Assembly (NCBI GenBank): GCA_964392345.1
Contig: CAYMPQ010000002.1
Coordinates: 1 to 56,495 of the forward strand
DNA length: 56,495 nt
Direction: 5' to 3'
Origin: an uncultured Actinomycetota bacterium
Lineage (GTDB): Bacteria; Actinomycetota; Humimicrobiia; Humimicrobiales; Humimicrobiaceae
Below the pieces are notes generated by a model. The model did not search any database. It was given only the letters and a program-made list of their open reading frames with translations, and had not been told where the DNA came from. Shown piece by piece: positions 37,583-47,727 of the stretch; position 1 is the stretch's first letter; every line of letters begins with the position of its first letter. A program made the translations under genes and the position numbers.

Positions 37583-39709
37583 ATGAAAAAAGATTTAGTT
37601 TTTGAAATAGGAACAGAAGAATTACCAGCTTCCTGCGTAGAGGAGGGAACTCTTGGTTTAGAAGAAATACTTAAAAAAAGGTTAACTCAAAATAGAATTG
37701 ATTTTGTTAGTGTAAAGACTTTCGGCTCACCGCGCAGGCTTGCTGCCATGGTAAGTGGTTTGGCAGAAACACAAAGATCGCAGAAAAAAATAATTACAGG
37801 CCCGCCAAAAAAAATTGCATTTGACAAAGATGGTGCTCCAACAAAAGCTGCAATAGGTTTTGCAAAAAGCTTAAATATTAATGTTAGCAGTCTTGAAGAA
37901 ATAGAAATTAACAAAGGAATATACATAGGTAAAAAAATTGTGGAGGAAGGGAGAAAGACTGCAGAATTGCTTCCTGGCATATTAAAAGATTCGGTGCTTT
38001 CTTTGGTGTTCCCAAAACAAATGACATGGGGAGACTACAGTATTAAATTTGCACGCCCGATAAGATGGATACTGGCATTATTTGGAAGCGATGTAATCAA
38101 CTTTGCAATTGAGAGTTTAACTTCCGGGAATATTACTTTTGGACATCGCACACTTAGTCCGGAACCTATTACTGTAGATGATGCAGACAGCTATCTAAAA
38201 TCATTGGAGGATAAGGGAAGGGTAATAGTAGATTTCAAAAAAAGAATAGAATTAATAATTGATGGGTTAAATAATCTTAGAAAAAATACATGGAACGGAG
38301 AGTTTGAAATTGTTCCAGATAAAGATTTGCTGAATGAAGTTGTTAACCTGGTAGAAATACCAAATGTTCTTGTTGGTAATTTCTCTAAAAGATTTCTTTA
38401 TATGCCAAAAGAAATATTAATAAAAGTTATACAGCACCATCAAAAATATTTTGCAGTAATTGATAAGGCTGGTAATGTTAGTACGCAATTTGTTGTAGTG
38501 CAGAATGGTATTGAAGACAAAAGTGGTGAAATAATAAATGGAAACGAAAAGGTGCTTGGGGCACGACTGAGCGATGCAGTATTTTTTTACGAAGAGGACA
38601 AAAAACATGATTTTGACAGTTGGTGCGAAAAATTAAAAGGTGTAATTTTTTATTCAAATCTTGGCAGCATATATGATAAAGCTTGCAGGCTCAAAGAGAT
38701 CTGTCTGCATACCAGCAGTCTTCTAAAAGATAAGGGCATACTGAAAAATGATAATATCCATGATTCCTTAAGCAGGGCAGCCATTTTTTGCAAATGTGAT
38801 TTAGTCACTAATATGGTTGTGGAATTTCCCGAGCTTCAGGGAATAGTAGGAAAAGAATATGCAAGGGAAAGAGGAGAAAAATTAGACATACCAGAGTCAA
38901 TATTTGAACATTATTTGCCAAGATTTTCGGGAGATATGCTTCCTGATACAGATGTTGGTTCAATTTTATCAGTAGCTGACAAAATTGATACGATTTCAGG
39001 AATGTTTCTGGTTGGTAATATTCCGTCAGGTTCTGAGGACCCGTTTGCACTTAGAAGAAAGGCTTCTGGTATGGTACTTTCTGTACTTAAAAAAAAATAT
39101 GACTTAGACATGGAAGACTTGATAAGTTACAGTTTAGGGCTATATATTGAAAAGTTTAATTTTAAAGATATTAATAAAGAAGAAGTTTGCAGGGAGATCA
39201 AGGATTTTATTGTTGCAAGATATAGATTTATGCTTGAAAAGAAAAACAGAAGACTGGATGTACTTGAAGCAGTATTGGCATCAGGGTGCTCTTCCGTTCT
39301 GGATATAGACTTAAGGTATAAAGCTATAGAAGATTTTATAAAAGAAAAGGACATAGAAACTATATCTACTCCTATGGTGAGATGCAAAAATATTATAAAA
39401 GGGAAAACTTTTTCTGATGTAAATACCCAACTTTTAAGCAGCCAATATGAAAAAAAACTTTTTTCTTCTGCCACTGAGAAAAGAAATATCATAGTAGATT
39501 ATATTGAGAAAAAGCAGTACGGCTGCATTCTTGCGGAGCTTGGTAGTTCTGGCAAGGATATAGATGATTTTTTTGATAATGTCTTAGTAATGGATAAAGA
39601 CGAGAAGATACGGGCCAATAGGGTTAACCTTGTCAAAGTTGTTATGGATTTATATTTGCTTATGGCAGATTTCTCTAAATTAGTAATTGAAGGAAATAAA
39701 ATTCATTAA
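37583..39709 (+). CDS. glyS: Glycine--tRNA ligase beta subunit
   Basis: LVFEIGTEELPA, SPRRLA, and DPFALRR in the HD-like region. It follows glyQ. Confidence 0.95.
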   Translation: MKKDLVFEIGTEELPASCVEEGTLGLEEILKKRLTQNRIDFVSVKTFGSPRRLAAMVSGLAETQRSQKKIITGPPKKIAFDKDGAPTKAAIGFAKSLNINVSSLEEIEINKGIYIGKKIVEEGRKTAELLPGILKDSVLSLVFPKQMTWGDYSIKFARPIRWILALFGSDVINFAIESLTSGNITFGHRTLSPEPITVDDADSYLKSLEDKGRVIVDFKKRIELIIDGLNNLRKNTWNGEFEIVPDKDLLNEVVNLVEIPNVLVGNFSKRFLYMPKEILIKVIQHHQKYFAVIDKAGNVSTQFVVVQNGIEDKSGEIINGNEKVLGARLSDAVFFYEEDKKHDFDSWCEKLKGVIFYSNLGSIYDKACRLKEICLHTSSLLKDKGILKNDNIHDSLSRAAIFCKCDLVTNMVVEFPELQGIVGKEYARERGEKLDIPESIFEHYLPRFSGDMLPDTDVGSILSVADKIDTISGMFLVGNIPSGSEDPFALRRKASGMVLSVLKKKYDLDMEDLISYSLGLYIEKFNFKDINKEEVCREIKDFIVARYRFMLEKKNRRLDVLEAVLASGCSSVLDIDLRYKAIEDFIKEKDIETISTPMVRCKNIIKGKTFSDVNTQLLSSQYEKKLFSSATEKRNIIVDYIEKKQYGCILAELGSSGKDIDDFFDNVLVMDKDEKIRANRVNLVKVVMDLYLLMADFSKLVIEGNKIH

Positions 39710-39860
39710 AACTGCAGGGCACTAAGTGATTTTTATATTTTTAATATAAATAAGAGGTGCAATAAAGTTTCATATGTTGTAGGATTAGTAGATTTATTGT
39801 GCTGGAAGCAGTGCATAGAATCAAATTAAATGTAAATTTATAAGAAAGGAATAATTAAAA

Positions 39861-42494
39861 ATGACTTCTAAAAAATATGTTTATTTTTTTGGAGAAGGCA
39901 CTAAAGAAATGAAAAAGCTATTGGGAGGTAAAGGTGCAAATCTATCGGAGATGACAAATATTGGCCTTCCCGTACCACAGGGATTTACTATTACAACTGA
40001 GGTTTGTAATTTATTTTATGATTTAGGAGAAAGATATCCTGAAGGCTTGGATGAGCAGATTAATGAAAACTTAAAAAAGTTGGAAGATAAGATGGGAATG
40101 TCGTTTAAGGATTATAAGAACCCGCTGCTGGTGTCTGTTAGGTCAGGTGCTGCTATTTCTATGCCAGGTATGATGGATACTGTGCTAAATTTAGGCTTAA
40201 ATGATAAAACAGTAAAAAGCTTAATAGATAAGACAAACAATGAAAGATTTTGCTGGGACTCTTACAGAAGATTTATTCAAATGTTTGGTGATGTTGTAAT
40301 GAATGTAGAGCATGAAAAGTTTGAGAAATCCATACAGGCAAAAAAAGACGAGAAGGGCGTAAAATTTGATACGCAGCTTACGGCGGATGATTTAAAGGAG
40401 CTGGTAGAAGATTACAAAAAAATAATAAAAAACGAAAAAGGCAAAAGTTTTCCTCAAGACCCAAGAGAACAGCTTCAGATGTCTATGGATGCTGTATTTA
40501 AGTCGTGGAATAATAAAAGAGCAATAGCATATAGAAATATCCATGATATTCCTCATAATCTTGGAACTGCTGTAAATGTTCAGGCAATGGTATTTGGTAA
40601 TATGGGCGAAGATTCAGGAACAGGTGTTGCTTTTACTCGTAATCCATCAACTGGAGAAAATAAAGTATATGGGGAATATTTGATAAATGCCCAGGGAGAG
40701 GATGTAGTTGCGGGTATTAGAACTCCAAAACCTATTTCCAAATTAAAGAATGAAATGCCTGATATTTATAAGCAGTTGATAGGGATATGTAAAAAATTAG
40801 AAGAACATTATAGAGATACGCAGGATTTAGAATTTACTATCCAAAAAGGTAATTTATATATGCTGCAAACAAGGACCGGGAAGAGAACAGCAGCTGCAGC
40901 TCTACAGATAGCGGTAGATATGGTAAATGAGAAGCTTATAGACACAAAAACTGCTGTAATGAGGATAGAGCCAGAGCAGATCGATCAAATGCTTCATAAG
41001 CAGTTGGATGAAAAAGCAAAAGAAAAAGGTCAGCTAATTGGGAAAGGATTGCCGGCATCTCCAGGAGCAGCAGTGGGCAAAGTAGCATTTGACGCTGATT
41101 CTGCAGTGGAAGAATCCAAAAAAGGAAATGTTATTTTAGTGAGGACCGAAACTTCGCCCGAGGATATCCAGGGAATGGCAGTAGCACAGGGAATATTAAC
41201 TGCGCGGGGAGGAATGACTTCTCATGCTGCAGTAGTAGCAAGGGGTATGGGCAAATGTTGTGTTGCTGGCTGTGAAGATATAAAAGTATTCGAGGCCAAG
41301 CAGTATTTTTTAGTTAATGGAAATAAAATCAAGTATGGAGATTGGATTACTCTTGATGGTTCAACAGGGGAAGTCTTTTTAGGGGAAATTCCAGTAGTAG
41401 ACCCTGAAATTACAAGAAATTTTGAAATTTTTATGGGTTGGGTAGACAAATATAGGAAAATTGGCGTCAGGGCAAATGCAGATACTCCAATGGATGCTGA
41501 AGTTGCTTTAAAATTTGGCGCAGAGGGGATTGGCCTTTGCAGAACAGAACATATGTTTTTTGAAGGTGATAGAATTAAAGCAGTTAGAAAAATGATAGTT
41601 GCCAGCAGAAAGAAAGAAAGAAAGGAAGCATTAATGGAGCTTCTTCCAATGCAGAGAAATGATTTTATTGAAATATTCAAAGCTATGAAAAATTTGCCTG
41701 TTACAATTAGGCTTCTTGATCCGCCGCTGCATGAGTTTTTACCTAAGGAAGAAGAAGATATCAAAGAAATTGCAGGAGAACTTGGCATAGAAGTTGGGGA
41801 TCTTAAGGCGACTATAAATTCTCTTCATGAAATGAATCCAATGCTTGGACATAGAGGATGCAGGCTCTCTGTTACTTTTCCTGAAATTCTTGAGATGCAG
41901 ACAAGAGCAATATTCGAAGCTGCTGCAAAATTAACAAAGGAAGGCTATAAGATTATACCAGAGGTTATGATACCTTTGGTTGGCATTGTTGAGGAAATAA
42001 AAATACTAAAAAAACAAATAGTAAATATTGCTGGTAAAGTAATGAAAGAAAGCGGCATAAAATTTGATTACAAAGTTGGAACAATGATTGAGATTCCGAG
42101 AGCTTGTGTTACTGCTGATGAAATTGCTTCAGAAGCTGAGTTTTTTAGTTTTGGGACCAATGATCTAACTCAGTTAACATTTGGGTACTCAAGGGATGAC
42201 TCTGGAAAGTTTCTTCCTGATTATATAGAAAAAGGGATACTTGCAAAAGACCCATTTGCAACTATAGATAAAAAAGGTGTTGGCAAATTAGTAGAAATTG
42301 CTGTAGAAAAGGGCAGAAAAGTAAGAGAAGATTTAAAAATTGGCATTTGTGGGGAGCATGGCGGAGATCCAGAATCTGTAAAATTTTGTCATATGATTGG
42401 CTTAGATTATGTTAGCTGTTCACCTTACAGGATACCTATAGCAAAAATATCAGCAGCACAGGCAGCAATAAAAGAAAAAGAAAATAAAGGGTAG
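39861..42494 (+). CDS. ppdK: Pyruvate, phosphate dikinase
   Basis: GGKGANLSEM, the phosphohistidine region GGMTSHAAVVARG, and the PEP-utilising C-terminal GICGE. Confidence 0.95.
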   Translation: MTSKKYVYFFGEGTKEMKKLLGGKGANLSEMTNIGLPVPQGFTITTEVCNLFYDLGERYPEGLDEQINENLKKLEDKMGMSFKDYKNPLLVSVRSGAAISMPGMMDTVLNLGLNDKTVKSLIDKTNNERFCWDSYRRFIQMFGDVVMNVEHEKFEKSIQAKKDEKGVKFDTQLTADDLKELVEDYKKIIKNEKGKSFPQDPREQLQMSMDAVFKSWNNKRAIAYRNIHDIPHNLGTAVNVQAMVFGNMGEDSGTGVAFTRNPSTGENKVYGEYLINAQGEDVVAGIRTPKPISKLKNEMPDIYKQLIGICKKLEEHYRDTQDLEFTIQKGNLYMLQTRTGKRTAAAALQIAVDMVNEKLIDTKTAVMRIEPEQIDQMLHKQLDEKAKEKGQLIGKGLPASPGAAVGKVAFDADSAVEESKKGNVILVRTETSPEDIQGMAVAQGILTARGGMTSHAAVVARGMGKCCVAGCEDIKVFEAKQYFLVNGNKIKYGDWITLDGSTGEVFLGEIPVVDPEITRNFEIFMGWVDKYRKIGVRANADTPMDAEVALKFGAEGIGLCRTEHMFFEGDRIKAVRKMIVASRKKERKEALMELLPMQRNDFIEIFKAMKNLPVTIRLLDPPLHEFLPKEEEDIKEIAGELGIEVGDLKATINSLHEMNPMLGHRGCRLSVTFPEILEMQTRAIFEAAAKLTKEGYKIIPEVMIPLVGIVEEIKILKKQIVNIAGKVMKESGIKFDYKVGTMIEIPRACVTADEIASEAEFFSFGTNDLTQLTFGYSRDDSGKFLPDYIEKGILAKDPFATIDKKGVGKLVEIAVEKGRKVREDLKIGICGEHGGDPESVKFCHMIGLDYVSCSPYRIPIAKISAAQAAIKEKENKG

Positions 42495-42744
42495 AACAGG
42501 CTTTTTGCATGGCACAATGGTCATACAACTGGTTTGCCTAATCCTAAGCGAATAGCATATGCTATTACAAATAGGTCATATGTTGAAGTAGACTGCATAT
42601 AAGAAGTAATTCTGTAAAATCCTACCTGGCACACTACATGAACTTTTGTATTGGTAAATATTTAAAGTCTGATTGTTTCAGATAAATGCAATATGGTATA
42701 AAATAACTGATATACACATAACTGATAAATAAAAAAAGAGGGAT

Positions 42745-44682
42745 ATGGGCAGAAGCTTAAAAGATGGTGAGGTAGATGAACTGAAAGCAAGGGCAGATAT
42801 ATATAATATTGTTTCAGGTTACGTAAACTTAAAAAAAGCTGGAAAGAATTACACAGGCCTTTGTCCTTTTCATAAAGAGAAAACTCCATCATTTACGGTA
42901 GATCCAATTAAGCAATTATATCATTGCTTTGGTTGTGGGGAAGGCGGCGATGTAATAAGTTTTATAATGAAGATGGAAAACATACAATTTTTGGAGGCAG
43001 TGGAGTTTCTAGCTAATAAATCAGGCTATAAATTAAGTTATTCCCATAGCGGTTCTCCAGAAGCAGGTAAGAAAAAAAGTAGATTGTTTGAATTAAATGA
43101 ACTTGCTAAAAAGTACTACAACTATATATTGTTTAACAGCAAAAAGGGTGCTCCTGCTATGAATTATTTAAAGAAAAGAGGCTTTGAAAATAAGACAGTA
43201 GAGCAGTTTGAAGTTGGTTTTAGCCTGGACAGCTGGGATAATTTCTCAAATTTTGCAAAAAAGAGGGGTTATAGCTGCGAAGAAATTTTAGAGTGCGGGC
43301 TTGCTGTTAAAAGTAGTAAAAGGGGGAATGAAATATATGACAGATTTAGAGGAAGAATAATGTTCCCCATAAAAGATATTGTTAACAAAACCGTAGGATT
43401 TGGAGGAAGAATCATCCCCGGTTTTGATGAAGAAAAAGGACAAACTGCAAAGTACATAAATACCCCGGAAACTAAGCTTTATTCAAAAAGCAAAAATATA
43501 TATGGAATCTTTGAGGCTAAAAGCCACATTGTTGCTGAAGACAGAGTACTGATAACGGAGGGATATACAGATGCGATGGCACTAAATCAATGTGGGGTGA
43601 AGAATGTTGTGGCCAGCCTTGGGACTGCTCTTACATCAGACCAGGTTAAAATTTTGGGAAGGTTTACCAAAAACATAATACTTGTATTTGATAGCGATGA
43701 GGCAGGAAGAAGCGCTTCTCTTAAAGGGATGGAAAGATTGCAGGAATATAATGAACGGTTGGATTTATATCACGAGAACAATATTAACATATGTGTTTCT
43801 ATTTTAGATGAAGGATACGATCCTGCAGATTTCATTATAAAAAAAGGCATGGAGAGCTTTATTAAGAGGATTGAGAATTCTGTAAGCATAATAGATTTTA
43901 CCATTGATGTGATTCTGAGAAAATACAATATTTCCAATCTTTACGAAAAACTAAGAGCCAGTAATGTGCTGCTGCAGTTTATTTCCACTTTATCATCAAG
44001 AATTGTGCAAGAAGAATGCTTAAAAAAAATATCCCAGAAATTAGATATTAAGGAAAGCTTATTGCTTGAAGAAATGCTTAAAAAGTCTTACGCTTATAAA
44101 GACAAAGTAGCAAGCTGGGGCGGAAGGGATAAAAATGGCAAAGAAAGTTTGCACAGAGTAAGCATCCCACCGATTAAAAATATAGAATTAGAAGCATTAA
44201 CACTTATAATAAATGGCGTCGGAAATTCGGTGGAAAAGTTATTAAATTTAGGAGCAGAATATTTCAGATTTGAGGATACAAAAAAACTTTATTTGATAGC
44301 AAAAAATAAAATTGACAGATATAAGGCAAAAGGTAAGAAAATAAATTTTCCTTTAGAAATATCAGAAAATGAAATAGAGGATGTAGATGTAAAAAAAATA
44401 TATAATTACGTATTTTTTAACAAGAAACATTACAGTGATGAAAATATGGCTTGTCTTGAAGTGCTAAAGAATTTGCAAAAAATTCACATTTCAGGAGAGA
44501 TAGAAAAAACTAGAAAGCAAATGTTAGCCCTGGAGAGTATCCAAAAAAAGATAAAATTAGAGGGAAACAAAAACAGAGAAAATGAGTCAAGGAAAGAAGA
44601 GGTAAAAAGTAAGATTGACAGGCTCAATCATAAAATAAATGAGCTTGAGGAAGAAAAAAGAAAGTTAAATATTTCTGGTTAA
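42745..44682 (+). CDS. dnaG: DNA primase
   Basis: Zinc finger CPFHKEKTPSFTV...YHCFGCGEGGD and a TOPRIM domain (EGYTD...VFDSDEAG). Confidence 0.95.
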   Translation: MGRSLKDGEVDELKARADIYNIVSGYVNLKKAGKNYTGLCPFHKEKTPSFTVDPIKQLYHCFGCGEGGDVISFIMKMENIQFLEAVEFLANKSGYKLSYSHSGSPEAGKKKSRLFELNELAKKYYNYILFNSKKGAPAMNYLKKRGFENKTVEQFEVGFSLDSWDNFSNFAKKRGYSCEEILECGLAVKSSKRGNEIYDRFRGRIMFPIKDIVNKTVGFGGRIIPGFDEEKGQTAKYINTPETKLYSKSKNIYGIFEAKSHIVAEDRVLITEGYTDAMALNQCGVKNVVASLGTALTSDQVKILGRFTKNIILVFDSDEAGRSASLKGMERLQEYNERLDLYHENNINICVSILDEGYDPADFIIKKGMESFIKRIENSVSIIDFTIDVILRKYNISNLYEKLRASNVLLQFISTLSSRIVQEECLKKISQKLDIKESLLLEEMLKKSYAYKDKVASWGGRDKNGKESLHRVSIPPIKNIELEALTLIINGVGNSVEKLLNLGAEYFRFEDTKKLYLIAKNKIDRYKAKGKKINFPLEISENEIEDVDVKKIYNYVFFNKKHYSDENMACLEVLKNLQKIHISGEIEKTRKQMLALESIQKKIKLEGNKNRENESRKEEVKSKIDRLNHKINELEEEKRKLNISG

Positions 44683-44782
44683 ACAATGTAGTTATATTTA
44701 ATGATAAAATATATTAAAATAAGGCTAATTATAATTTATTAAGGTTATAATAATTTTAAATAAATTATGGGGTGATTTAAAC

Positions 44783-45880
44783 ATGAAAAAGGGTTCTGAG
44801 CTTAAGTTGGAAGAGGTAAAAGAATTAATAAATAAAGGCAGAGAAGAAGGGGTGCTAACTACTGAGGAAATTGGCGATATGCTTTCAGAGATAGATTTAA
44901 CTAAGGAACAGATAGAAAATATATATGACGTTATGCAGAATTTAGAAATAGAGATCATAAGTGAAGAAGATGAGGGTATTGACAATTTGGCTGTTAAGAA
45001 AAAAAAGAATAATCTTTTAAAAAGAAATTTAGATTTTAATATAAAATCTCCTACCAATGATCCTGTAAGAATGTACCTTAAAGAAATTGGCAAAGTCAGG
45101 TTGCTTGTTGCTGCAGAGGAAGTTCAGCTTGCTAAAAAGGTTGAGGATGGCGATATGGACGCTAAAAGAAAACTTGTTGCAGCAAACTTGAGACTTGTTG
45201 TGAGCATAGCTAAGAAGTATGTAGGCAGGGGAATGTTATTTTTAGACCTTATTCAGGAAGGAAACCTTGGGCTTATAAGGGCTGTAGAAAAGTTTGATTA
45301 TAGAAAAGGTTACAAATTTTCTACTTATGCAACATGGTGGATAAGGCAGGCTATAACGAGAGCAATAGCAGATCAGGCAAGAACTATTAGAATTCCGGTT
45401 CATATGGTGGAAACTATTAATAAGCTGATAAGAACGCAAAGACAATTACTGCAAAAGCTTGGAAGAGAGCCAACTCCGAAAGAGATAGCAAATGAAATAC
45501 AGTTTACTGTTGAAAAGGTCAGAGAAGTTATGAAAATATCCCAAGAGCCTGTATCACTTGAAACGCCTATCGGGGAAGAAGAGGATAGTCATCTTGGAGA
45601 CTTTATTGAGGATTCAAGGGTAGAGACACCAGCAGCTGCTGCATCTTTTGCCATGCTTCAAGAGCAACTGCAGGAAGTATTAGGTACTTTGAATGAGAGG
45701 GAGAGGAAAGTAATTCAGCTCAGGTTCGGATTACACGACGGTCACCCAAGAACATTGGAGGAAGTTGGCAGGGAATTTGGTGTAACAAGAGAAAGAATAA
45801 GACAAATAGAAGCAAAAACTTTGGGTAAGCTGAGACACCCGAATAGAAGTGGGGCCTTGAAAGATTTTTTAGAGACTTAA
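44783..45880 (+). CDS. sigA: Primary RNA polymerase sigma factor
   Basis: [11 protein letters not shown], region 2 ([50 protein letters not shown]), and region 4 ([20 protein letters not shown]). Confidence 0.95.
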   Translation: MKKGSELKLEEVKELINKGREEGVLTTEEIGDMLSEIDLTKEQIENIYDVMQNLEIEIISEEDEGIDNLAVKKKKNNLLKRNLDFNIKSPTNDPVRMYLKEIGKVRLLVAAEEVQLAKKVEDGDMDAKRKLVAANLRLVVSIAKKYVGRGMLFLDLIQEGNLGLIRAVEKFDYRKGYKFSTYATWWIRQAITRAIADQARTIRIPVHMVETINKLIRTQRQLLQKLGREPTPKEIANEIQFTVEKVREVMKISQEPVSLETPIGEEEDSHLGDFIEDSRVETPAAAASFAMLQEQLQEVLGTLNERERKVIQLRFGLHDGHPRTLEEVGREFGVTRERIRQIEAKTLGKLRHPNRSGALKDFLET

Positions 45881-45949
45881 AAACCCAGGGCAACTACTTG
45901 CAATAAACTTTCTATATATTATAATAGCATATCGTTTAAAGCCTTGCGT

Positions 45950-46024
<75 letters not shown>

Positions 46025-46079
46025 ATATTAATACTTGTTTTAATACTTATAACTATATAATTACTTATATTTTATTTAT

Positions 46080-46100
46080 GGTTCGAATCCTCTCTCCCCA
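46080..46100 (+). repeat. Orphan tRNA 3'-end fragment (T-loop plus acceptor-like sequence)
   Basis: GGTTCGAATCCTCTCTCCCCA contains the canonical GGTTCGAATCC T-loop followed by a C-rich acceptor-like tail. The upstream sequence is pure AT-rich DNA that cannot form the rest of a tRNA. Confidence 0.6.
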
Positions 46101-46268
46101 ATATTTAACGTTATTTTATATTGATTAAAAAAATTTTACATAAATATCAATAGTATTATAATTAAAAGATAAATATAGAGAAATATTGTTATAAATTTTA
46201 TTTATCAGATATTAATCGGTAGATAAGTTTGATTATATAAATAAAACTAATATAAACCACAATTTTAA

Positions 46269-47237
46269 ATGACTACTAATAAAATAGAAAAATGGATTGG
46301 TTTTTACACAACTAATTCATTTTTAATTAATAAAGAACCAAAAATAATAAAACCAAGTTCTCCTCTATCTTGGGATATTAGTAGAATTTTTAAATTATTA
46401 TCTAATGCTGAGATTGAATATGATTGCAAATTTTACAATTTAAGAATTTTTAATGGTGGGATATTTGCTTTAAAATTAGAAGAAATATCTTTTGAAAAAC
46501 CTGACAATGATTTGATTATAAGAAAAATATTAAAAGGTATCACCTATTTAAATGCAATTCAATTATTATTTGAATCTTCTTTTCAAAAGCATAAAAAACT
46601 TGGTGGTTATTTTACTACTTATGAAATAAATTCTCAAAACACTTTAAAACTTGATTATGAAGGAAATAAATTAAAAGGTATATCAGGTCCTTTAAGAGAG
46701 GAATTTTATACTAATATGAGAATTGAAAATAGTATTAATACCAATAAAATAATTTTTGATGATTTAAATAATGATTTAGAGAATATTTCTAAAGATTATA
46801 GGAATGTCGAAATTCTAGCTGAAATTAGTAAGTCACTATCAGAATATAAAATTATGAACTTTTCATATTCTACACTTTTATCATGGATTATTATTGAAAA
46901 ATTTTTAAATATATTGTGGTCTGATTTATTGAAAAGTAAGCAAAACACGGCAATAATTAATAGAACAATTAGAGAGGATTTAGAAGACAATAGTGATTTT
47001 ACAGCATATATAAAATCAAATGTTTTAAAATTGTTTAACATTTATGACACGGAAATCTTTAATAAAATCAACAGAGTAAGAAAAGAAAGAAATGATATTA
47101 TGCATCCAAAATCAAAAAATAATAATGATAATAACTTTAAAATTTGCCAAGATGCTTTTGATATTATTACTATCTTTTTAGGAAAAAATATGAGTCTAGA
47201 TTTAAAATTTGATCTTAGTTTTGGCTATCAAATATAG
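46269..47237 (+). CDS. Hypothetical protein with a C-terminal HEPN-like region (RNxxxH motif)
   Basis: 322 aa. The helical C-terminal half carries INRVRKERNDIMHP (R-N-D-I-M-H, that is Rx4H) about 45 aa from the C-terminus, where HEPN active sites usually sit. The N-terminal half was not recognised. No SD sequence is present and the coding DNA is extremely AT-rich. Confidence 0.4.
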   Translation: MTTNKIEKWIGFYTTNSFLINKEPKIIKPSSPLSWDISRIFKLLSNAEIEYDCKFYNLRIFNGGIFALKLEEISFEKPDNDLIIRKILKGITYLNAIQLLFESSFQKHKKLGGYFTTYEINSQNTLKLDYEGNKLKGISGPLREEFYTNMRIENSINTNKIIFDDLNNDLENISKDYRNVEILAEISKSLSEYKIMNFSYSTLLSWIIIEKFLNILWSDLLKSKQNTAIINRTIREDLEDNSDFTAYIKSNVLKLFNIYDTEIFNKINRVRKERNDIMHPKSKNNNDNNFKICQDAFDIITIFLGKNMSLDLKFDLSFGYQI

Positions 47238-47407
47238 GTAAACTATTTTATCATTTAAAATCTATTTATTATACCTAGCTACTAATAATTATCCTTAGTA
47301 TTTTAATTATGTCACTAATTTCTTTATCTAATTTTGAAAATAAAGAAATAGGGTATCTAACTAGGAGCTAACATTGTCTGAAATGATAGTTCTTTAATAG
47401 TTTTTTT

Positions 47408-47446
47408 GAAATAAGAAATTCGAAATATGTCAACTAAGAGGAGGCA
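47408..47446 (+). repeat. Island repeat Ra (pairs with Rf)
   Basis: GAAATAAGAAATTCGAAATATGTCAACTAAGAGGAGGCA matches 33 of 39 positions in 54985-55023, in the same orientation. Confidence 0.8.
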
Positions 47447-47573
47447 ATTTAAGCACTTATTAAATTTAATGCTGATAAAAAATAGTAAGTGCAATTTTAT
47501 TTAAGTTACTATGATAACTTAACTTACAATAGCAAAGTCTTCTTTTATTAATTTAATTTGGGGAATTAATTCG

Positions 47574-47620
47574 ATAATATTTTGATAATAAATAGTTCTA
47601 AATGTGTTCAATATCCCTAG
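47574..47620 (+). repeat. Island repeat Rb (pairs with Re)
   Basis: ATAATATTTTGATAATAAATAGTTCTAAATGTGTTCAATATCCCTAG aligns with 54855-54901, sharing the core TAGTTCT(T)AAAT(G)TGTTCAATATC. Confidence 0.7.
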
Positions 47621-47686
47621 GTATGATGATAGAATAAGGTAAGCACTTCAGGCTTTAATTACCATTGAAGGTTTGATTATTTGTTA

Positions 47687-47695
47687 TGGTATAAT
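47687..47695 (+). promoter_or_regulatory. Extended -10 promoter element upstream of the TIR-like gene
   Basis: TGGTATAAT lies 33 nt upstream of the ATG at 47728. Confidence 0.35.
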
Positions 47696-47727
47696 ATAAA
47701 AAATCAAATATTTTTAAGTATTATTAT

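Noticed and set aside
42551-42566. Perfect 16-bp palindrome AATAGCATATGCTATT upstream of dnaG
   Set aside because: An AT-rich 8+8 palindrome is expected roughly once by chance in a window of this size and composition. There is no supporting context.
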